Positions 15,260 to 20,000 of a DNA stretch of 20,000 nt are shown here, one piece after another. Under the pieces are notes generated by a model. It was not told the origin of the DNA and did no database searches. It was given only the letters and a program-made list of their open reading frames with translations. Both the position numbers and the translations under genes were made by a program. Position 1 is the first letter of the stretch; every line of letters starts with the position of its first letter. Source of the stretch: an uncultured virus (IMG/VR IMGVR_UViG_3300028644_000008) (lineage: Duplodnaviria > Heunggongvirae > Uroviricota > Caudoviricetes); IMG/VR virus record IMGVR_UViG_3300028644_000008; one strand, given 5' to 3'.

Positions 15260-16440
15260 GCTATCCTCCGCGCGCTCTGCGCCCTCTGCGCCCTCTGCGG
15301 TGAAGACTCTCCGGCCAGGAGCTGCTCGGCCCAGCGGCGCCGCTCGCCGTGGAGCCTGTGCAGATTCTGCCGGAGCTGCTCCAGGTCCTGAGCGCGCTTG
15401 AGCGCGGCGCGCGCTGCCGCGGCCTCGCGCCAGGCGTCGACCGGCCGGCGGCCGTCGAGGTTCCTGACCACCGCGCCACACCGGCTGGCGAAGGCCCGTG
15501 CGCGGGGATCCGTACCGACATCGCCCACCAGGAGCCGCTTGGCATCGGTCCAGTCGCATAGGCGCGGCTCGATGGCTGGCGCACCCAGGGGGCGGCAGAG
15601 GACCTTCGCGCGGAAGAAGGCCGCCGGGCTGCGCAGCCGGGAGCGCTTCGCCCGGGCGCAGAGCAACACCGCCAGGACCTCGACCTGGTCCCGGCGCTCG
15701 AGCACCGCCTGGGCGACCAGGCCCAGGGGCACGGCGGCGGGCCAAGCGGCCTGGACTAGTTCCGGGTGGGGGCGCAGGATCTCGTCCAAAACGGCGCTAA
15801 CCGGCTCCGGGTGGGCTGGTTGCGAATGGACTACTTCCGGCCGGCATGGCGCAGACTGGGCCACCGGGGGCTTCGGCGCCGGCCGGCCGCCCTTCGGCGG
15901 GGGCGGCGGCGGATCGTCGTCCGGCCCTCGGCTACAACTGCAACGCGCGCGCGCGGGAGTTGTCTGAGAAGGCGGTGATCCAAGAGCAACCCCACGGGTA
16001 GTCTCTGCCGTGATCTCTGCCGTAGTCTCTGTCCCATATATCGAATTGACGTTTTGACAGGTGGCACCTGACGTTTCGTCAGATGGCACCTGACGTTTTG
16101 TTAGGTGCTCCCCACCGCCGAGCAGCCCCACCAGGCGGTCCAGATCCACCCTCCAGGACAGCCGATGGCGGCTGCGATCGTAGCGGCTGGACACCACCCC
16201 GGAGGCCTCTACCTGGCGACGGGCAGAGCGGAGCTCGCGCTCGGTCAGGCAGGTCTCGTCCTGCCACTCGCCCAGCTCCTTCCAGAACCACCCGTCGGCG
16301 TCGTCGGTCCGTTTCGACCAATAGACCATCTGGGACAGCAGCACCCCGGCATTGACCGACCCGACCGCCCTGGCCAGCGCCGGGTGGAAGGCGATCGGCC
16401 GGTCCAGGAGCGACTTGATGACTTCGCCGGGAGAGGGCAT
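15256..16440 (-). CDS. Phage replication initiator (lambdoid O-like, N-terminal HTH, 394 aa)
   Basis: LLDRPIAFHPALA...AGVLLSQMVYW...GWFWK...WQDETCLT N-domain and TETTAEITAETT linker, typical of phage replisome organisers. Contains internal iterons. Confidence 0.8.
   Translation of the reverse strand: MPSPGEVIKSLLDRPIAFHPALARAVGSVNAGVLLSQMVYWSKRTDDADGWFWKELGEWQDETCLTERELRSARRQVEASGVVSSRYDRSRHRLSWRVDLDRLVGLLGGGEHLTKRQVPSDETSGATCQNVNSIYGTETTAEITAETTRGVALGSPPSQTTPARARCSCSRGPDDDPPPPPPKGGRPAPKPPVAQSAPCRPEVVHSQPAHPEPVSAVLDEILRPHPELVQAAWPAAVPLGLVAQAVLERRDQVEVLAVLLCARAKRSRLRSPAAFFRAKVLCRPLGAPAIEPRLCDWTDAKRLLVGDVGTDPRARAFASRCGAVVRNLDGRRPVDAWREAAAARAALKRAQDLEQLRQNLHRLHGERRRWAEQLLAGESSPQRAQRAQSARRIA
15264..15304. 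repeat. Solo arm of the palindromic repeat family (four 9-bp units) at the 3' end of the replication gene
   Basis: Minus strand TTCACCGCAGAGGGCGCAGAGGGCGCAGAGCGCGCGGAGGA. Confidence 0.88.
15998..16112. repeat. Probable replication origin: three 22-bp iterons, a short AT patch and three 12-bp repeats
   Basis: TGACGTTTTGACAGGTGGCACC / TGACGTTTCGTCAGATGGCACC / TGACGTTTTGTTAGGTGCTCCC (16047-16112); GTAGTCTCTGCC / GTGATCTCTGCC / GTAGTCTCTGTC (15998-16033). Confidence 0.75.
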
Positions 16441-16443
16441 GGG

Positions 16444-16788
16444 CTACCTTTCCACCGCCCCGTATGGGACGTGGGTCGTGTCTCTTGCTTGCTTCGGCCC
16501 GGGATTCAAGTGCTCTTTGCGGTGGAGCGGCTCCTCCACCGGCTGGCCATAGTGCTCGCGGTACCAGTTGTCCCAGGCGAACCTGGCATACTCTGAGGCC
16601 GTGCCGTCCATCACCACGTCGCGCAGGATCTCGCCGCGCAGGTTCATGGCACGCGGATAGCGCCGCGCGAAGCCCTGACGGGGCGTCAGTCCGACGGACA
16701 GCCAGTCGGCTCCGCTCGGCATATTCCGGGTAGGCCTGGTCGGCAGGACTGCGGCCGGAGATCCGAACAGGTCCAGCTGGTCAGCCAT
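16444..16788 (-). CDS. Hypothetical protein (114 aa) with N-terminal QLDLF motif
   Basis: GGAGGGG RBS, ATG 16788 (MADQLDLFGSP) overlapping the end of the upstream gene. Confidence 0.7.
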   Translation of the reverse strand: MADQLDLFGSPAAVLPTRPTRNMPSGADWLSVGLTPRQGFARRYPRAMNLRGEILRDVVMDGTASEYARFAWDNWYREHYGQPVEEPLHRKEHLNPGPKQARDTTHVPYGAVER

Positions 16789-17122
16789 GGGCCCCTCCGA
16801 CCACCAGGTTGTAGAGCCGCAGCGTCTTGGTGATGGCCGGGCAGGTCCTCCACAGCTCGCAGCTGTAAGAGTTGCAGTTGCGGCCATGGATGACCTTGAG
16901 CCGGCCGCAGCGGAAGCAGCCGGCCTCCTGGATGATGAGCCGAAAGCTCCGTCGCTGGGAATCACTCAGTCCGGAGAAGGGGTTATCCCCCTGTGCCCCT
17001 TGAAGGGGCGCATTGGTGCAGGCACCAGGTCCCGCGCTGGTCCTCGGACCGTCGGCCGCGGATGACTGGCGCGCCATGACGGGCCTCCTTCCTGTTGCCC
17101 CGTCGGGCTGGTTCAAAGCCAC
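16781..17122 (-). CDS. Hypothetical protein with C-terminal Cys cluster (possible Zn finger, 113 aa)
   Basis: GGAGG then GTG 17122. CFRC...HGRNC..YSC...TC. Overlaps both neighbouring genes. Confidence 0.6.
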   Translation of the reverse strand: MALNQPDGATGRRPVMARQSSAADGPRTSAGPGACTNAPLQGAQGDNPFSGLSDSQRRSFRLIIQEAGCFRCGRLKVIHGRNCNSYSCELWRTCPAITKTLRLYNLVVGGAHG

Positions 17123-17844
17123 TTGCGTAGGTCCTCCTTCAGATAGAAGTGCATCTTGGCCGCCTGGCAGATCTTTACCGCTTCATGCGCGAACTCGCCC
17201 CAGTCGACGCGGTCCTCGCGTTCCTTGTCGTGGTTGAGCTTGCCGATCCGTACCTCGTCGACGCCGATCCTGGAGACCTCGCGCAGGACGTCGTAGGCGG
17301 CCACCGGACTGACCACCGGCTCCAGGCTGACCCAGGTACGCAACCCGGCGGCCCTGGCCAGGCGCAGCGCCACCAGGCGGACCTCTATCGAGTCGGCCCG
17401 CGGCTCCCACTCCCGGAGGAAGCGCTCCTCGAGCGACACCAGAGTCACCCCGAATTTGGTCCGGGCCCGGGCCAGCACGTCGAGGTCGCGCTCGATGGCC
17501 AGCCCCGGCGCTTTGGTCAGCACGATCGTGCCGACGGCGTGGTCGGCGAGGATCCCCAGCGACTGGCGGGTGAGCTGCTCGGTGCGCTCGATCTCCTGGT
17601 ACGGGTCGCAGGAGAAGCTGAAGAGGACCTCGCGGCGATCGCCGGCGAGCTCGCGGGCGTCCTCGCGGATCTGCTCCAGGAACTTCGGCCGCGCCCTCGC
17701 GCCGGCGTGGAACTCGGCGCGGTGCTTCCTCATGGCCAGCGGCGCGTAGCAGTAGCGGCACCCGTGGACGCAGCCGGCGTAGGGGTTCGTCGCGAGCTCG
17801 GCGTACTCGCGGGCGCGGCCGGAGGGCTCGTAGATGACGCGCAT
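17113..17844 (-). CDS. Radical SAM protein, spore-photoproduct-lyase-like (243 aa)
   Basis: AGGAGG RBS, ATG 17844 (MRVIYEP). NPYAGCVHGCRYCYA (CxxxCxxC), SCDPYQ, VLTK and WVSLEPV. Confidence 0.9.
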   Translation of the reverse strand: MRVIYEPSGRAREYAELATNPYAGCVHGCRYCYAPLAMRKHRAEFHAGARARPKFLEQIREDARELAGDRREVLFSFSCDPYQEIERTEQLTRQSLGILADHAVGTIVLTKAPGLAIERDLDVLARARTKFGVTLVSLEERFLREWEPRADSIEVRLVALRLARAAGLRTWVSLEPVVSPVAAYDVLREVSRIGVDEVRIGKLNHDKEREDRVDWGEFAHEAVKICQAAKMHFYLKEDLRKWL

Positions 17845-18143
17845 CAGGCGGGCCTCCTGATCTCGGCGAGGATGGCCTCGTACTGCAGCTGGGTGGAAGG
17901 ATGGAGGCTGGCGGCCTTGACGTTGACGTGCTTGACCGAACCATCCGCGCGCAGCGCGGCCACGCGCACCGACAGATCTCCGATCCGGACGATGCGCCCG
18001 GGCACCATGGACTGGTAGCCGTATCCGCCGCGATATGTCTTGAGCCAGAAAACGTAGTCGCCGACGGCGTACTGCTGCGGCCGGCGATCTTCGTTGTCGG
18101 CCTCGCCGGCGCTTCCAAACCGGCACGCAACCGGATCAACCAT
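17844..18143 (-). CDS. Hypothetical protein (99 aa, small beta-barrel-like)
   Basis: ATG 18143 overlaps the methyltransferase end, stop overlaps the radical SAM ATG. YAVGDYVFW...GRIVRIG pattern. Confidence 0.7.
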   Translation of the reverse strand: MVDPVACRFGSAGEADNEDRRPQQYAVGDYVFWLKTYRGGYGYQSMVPGRIVRIGDLSVRVAALRADGSVKHVNVKAASLHPSTQLQYEAILAEIRRPA

Positions 18144-19461
18144 CCCTCTTCCTTTCCGCCTTCCGCCCGGTGTACTGCTCCCACCGGCGGACAGCCACGT
18201 CCACGAACACGGGCTCGATCTCCATCGCATAGCAACGCCTGGCCAGGCGCTCGGCCGCGATGAGCTGCGTTCCGGATCCCGAGAAGGGCTCGTAGCAGAT
18301 CTCGCCGGGCGCGGTGTTCACGCGCATCGGCCGGGCGAAGATCTCCACGGGCTTGACGGTGGGGTGGAAGATGCCCGCCGGGCGCTTCTTGCCGTCCCAG
18401 TCCAGCGGCCATAGGTCGGTGTAGAGCGCCGGGTCGGTGGGGTCGCCGGTGCGGTCCAGGCCGATCACCCACATCGAGGAGGCCGCGCGGCTCTCGCGCC
18501 GGTCCAGCGGCGGCTTGTGGCCCTCGCGCCAGCCCATGACGCAGGGCTCGTGCTGCCAGGCGTAGTAGCTCCGGGTCATGAGCGCCGCGGGCTTCGCCCA
18601 GACGATCTGCTGGTGGATGAGGATCTTCAACTCGCCGGCGACGCGCTCGATCATCGAGTAGCGCCGGTGGCTGTGCCAGATGTAGATCGCCGCGTACTCC
18701 TCCAGGTTGGCGAGCGCCGCCTGGAGGAACTCCCGCAGGAAGGCCTCCGGGTCCTTGATCTGCTTCTCGCGGTAGTGGTTCGACCAGTCCTTGCCGCCGC
18801 CCCGGCCCTCGCGGTTCAGCGGCCGGCCGGTGCCGTCGTAGTCGATGAGGTAAGGCGGATCCGTGGCCATGAGTCCGGCCCGCTCGCCGGCCATGAGGCG
18901 CTCCACGTCGGCCGCGTTGCGGCTGTTGCCGCAGAGCAACCGGTGATCGCCCAGGCGCCAGAGATCTCCGGTGCGCGTCACCGCCTTGCGCGGCGGCTCG
19001 GGGATGTCGTCGGGCGCCGTCTTGCCGGCGGCCGCCTGCGCCACCGCCTGGCCGCGGAGGGCCTCGAGCGCCAGGGCCGCGTAGCCGTCGTCGCCCAGGG
19101 TCTTCTTGAGCTGGGCACAGAGCTCCAGGACCAGCGGCGTGAATTCGCCCTGGATCGCGCGGTTGTTGAGCGACAGCGCCAGCGCCTTGGCCTCGGCCGC
19201 GGGCAGCTCCAGGATGACGCAGCGGGCCTTCTTCACGCCGGCCTCGAGCAGCAGGCCCAGGCGCTGGTGGCCGGAGACGACCTCGATCTTCTTGCCGGCG
19301 CGGTTGACTACCACGGGCTCCACCAGGCCGAAGCGCTCGATGGACGCGCGCAGGCCTGCGCGGGCATCGTCGGAGATACGCCGCGGGTTCTGGGCCCAGG
19401 GCCGCAGCTGGCGGAGGTCGATGGACTGGACGTTGACGCGGTCGACGAGGGCGGGCTTCAT
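18136..19461 (-). CDS. ParB-like N-domain fused to N4/N6 DNA methyltransferase (441 aa)
   Basis: ParB-like LRPWAQNPR...SIERFGLVEPVVVN...VSGHQRL, then LGDHRLLCG, TDPPY (motif IV), HPTVKPV and EPFSGSGT (motif I). Likely start is ATG 19461, not 19977. Confidence 0.93.
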   Translation of the reverse strand: MKPALVDRVNVQSIDLRQLRPWAQNPRRISDDARAGLRASIERFGLVEPVVVNRAGKKIEVVSGHQRLGLLLEAGVKKARCVILELPAAEAKALALSLNNRAIQGEFTPLVLELCAQLKKTLGDDGYAALALEALRGQAVAQAAAGKTAPDDIPEPPRKAVTRTGDLWRLGDHRLLCGNSRNAADVERLMAGERAGLMATDPPYLIDYDGTGRPLNREGRGGGKDWSNHYREKQIKDPEAFLREFLQAALANLEEYAAIYIWHSHRRYSMIERVAGELKILIHQQIVWAKPAALMTRSYYAWQHEPCVMGWREGHKPPLDRRESRAASSMWVIGLDRTGDPTDPALYTDLWPLDWDGKKRPAGIFHPTVKPVEIFARPMRVNTAPGEICYEPFSGSGTQLIAAERLARRCYAMEIEPVFVDVAVRRWEQYTGRKAERKRDG

Positions 19462-19731
19462 GGCATGGCCGGTCTTCCTCCACACGCTTTCAAGTTTCCG
19501 GACAAGCCTGCCGATGATGCTCCAGGTCGCGAGCCTGGGGGCTGGCCTCATGGCCAGCTGGTCGGTCAAGCCACACGCGCCGGCCCGGGAGGTGTTATCG
19601 CACCTCCCGCCCGGGGCTACCACCTGAATGGAAAGATCGCGCGCCAGGCGCGGCCCTGGCGCGACGGGCGGCCGCTCCTCAGTCGAAGTCACGTCACAGC
19701 CGAATTCGCGGGCGCCATGCGCAAAATTGCC

Positions 19732-19776
19732 CGACCTCGCGACCGCCCCGGCAGAATCTGCCGGTCGGAAGAACCT
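19732..19776 (-). other. Candidate lambda-like cos (packaging) site
   Basis: Minus strand AGGTTCTTCC-GACCGGCAGATTCTGCCG-GGGCGGTCGCGAGGTCG resembles the layout of lambda cosQ (GGGTCCTTTCC) and cosN (GGGCGGCGACCT). The genome encodes a GpA/Nu1-type terminase. Confidence 0.4.
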
Positions 19777-20000
19777 AAAAGACCGGGGGTTACGTAATCC
19801 AGCCCCTACATCCCTCGTAGGAATGCGGTGCAGTATGCACGCGGACGCGCGTAGCGCGTGAACGGCACGGAAGGGAAGCAAGGGGCCTGCCCCTGTCCTC
19901 AAGGGGAATAGAGGGCATTGGGCAGCGACAGGGGCACAGACGCGACAGCGCCCGACAGGGGTGATACGCATCAGCATGGCCTCGGTGGGCGGGAGTCGCC

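Larger units (their letters stand above)
1..20000 (-). mobile_element. Lambda-like tailed phage or prophage region (DNA modification, replication, packaging, head and neck genes); both boundaries may lie outside the window
   Basis: Co-oriented, tightly coupled minus-strand genes (many ATGA/GTGA/TGATG overlaps) including terminase, portal, S49 protease and capsid. No host housekeeping genes, integrase or att site seen. Confidence 0.95.

Noticed and set aside
13958..15304. CRISPR array or IS element interpretation of the repeats
   Set aside because: The arms are inverted and dispersed rather than regularly spaced direct repeats with spacers. No cas gene, transposase or target-site duplication is visible.
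19510..19640. SAM-I or SAH riboswitch upstream of the SAM-dependent genes
   Set aside because: Only fragments match (CCAGGCTC on the sense strand; GGAAAGAT on the antisense strand). The conserved cores are missing.
19462..19977. 172-aa N-terminal extension of the methyltransferase in the ORF track (likewise extensions to 1532, 11112, 15102 and 18126)
   Set aside because: Low-complexity sequence. Better starts with an RBS or stop/start overlap exist at 19461, 986, 10794, 14787 and 17844.

Overview
The whole window is one GC-rich (about 70%) tailed-phage or prophage segment, and essentially all real genes lie on the minus strand. In transcription order (right to left): a candidate lambda-like cos region and a hairpin-rich leader; ParB-like/DNA methyltransferase fusion; small hypothetical; SPL-like radical SAM protein; two small hypotheticals (one starting with a QLDLF clamp-binding motif); a lambdoid replication initiator with internal iterons; two small Cys-rich ORFs; Nu1-like small terminase; hypothetical; GpA-type large terminase; hypothetical; a sigma70-like promoter, structured leader and terminator; head-joining protein; lambda-type portal; S49 protease with nested scaffold; capsid decoration protein; major capsid protein; head closure protein; three membrane/lipoprotein genes; an 804-aa beta-rich protein with a low-GC internal module; two further structural proteins; and a truncated gene. 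The most unusual signal is a family of 9-bp-periodic palindromic repeat arms (about (TTC)ACCRCAGAGGACRCAGAG...) at four loci. Two of these are complete ~100-bp hairpins translated in frame at the N- and C-termini of the small terminase. All annotations come from motif recognition and gene order only; no searches were run. I saw no integrase, tRNA or CRISPR array.
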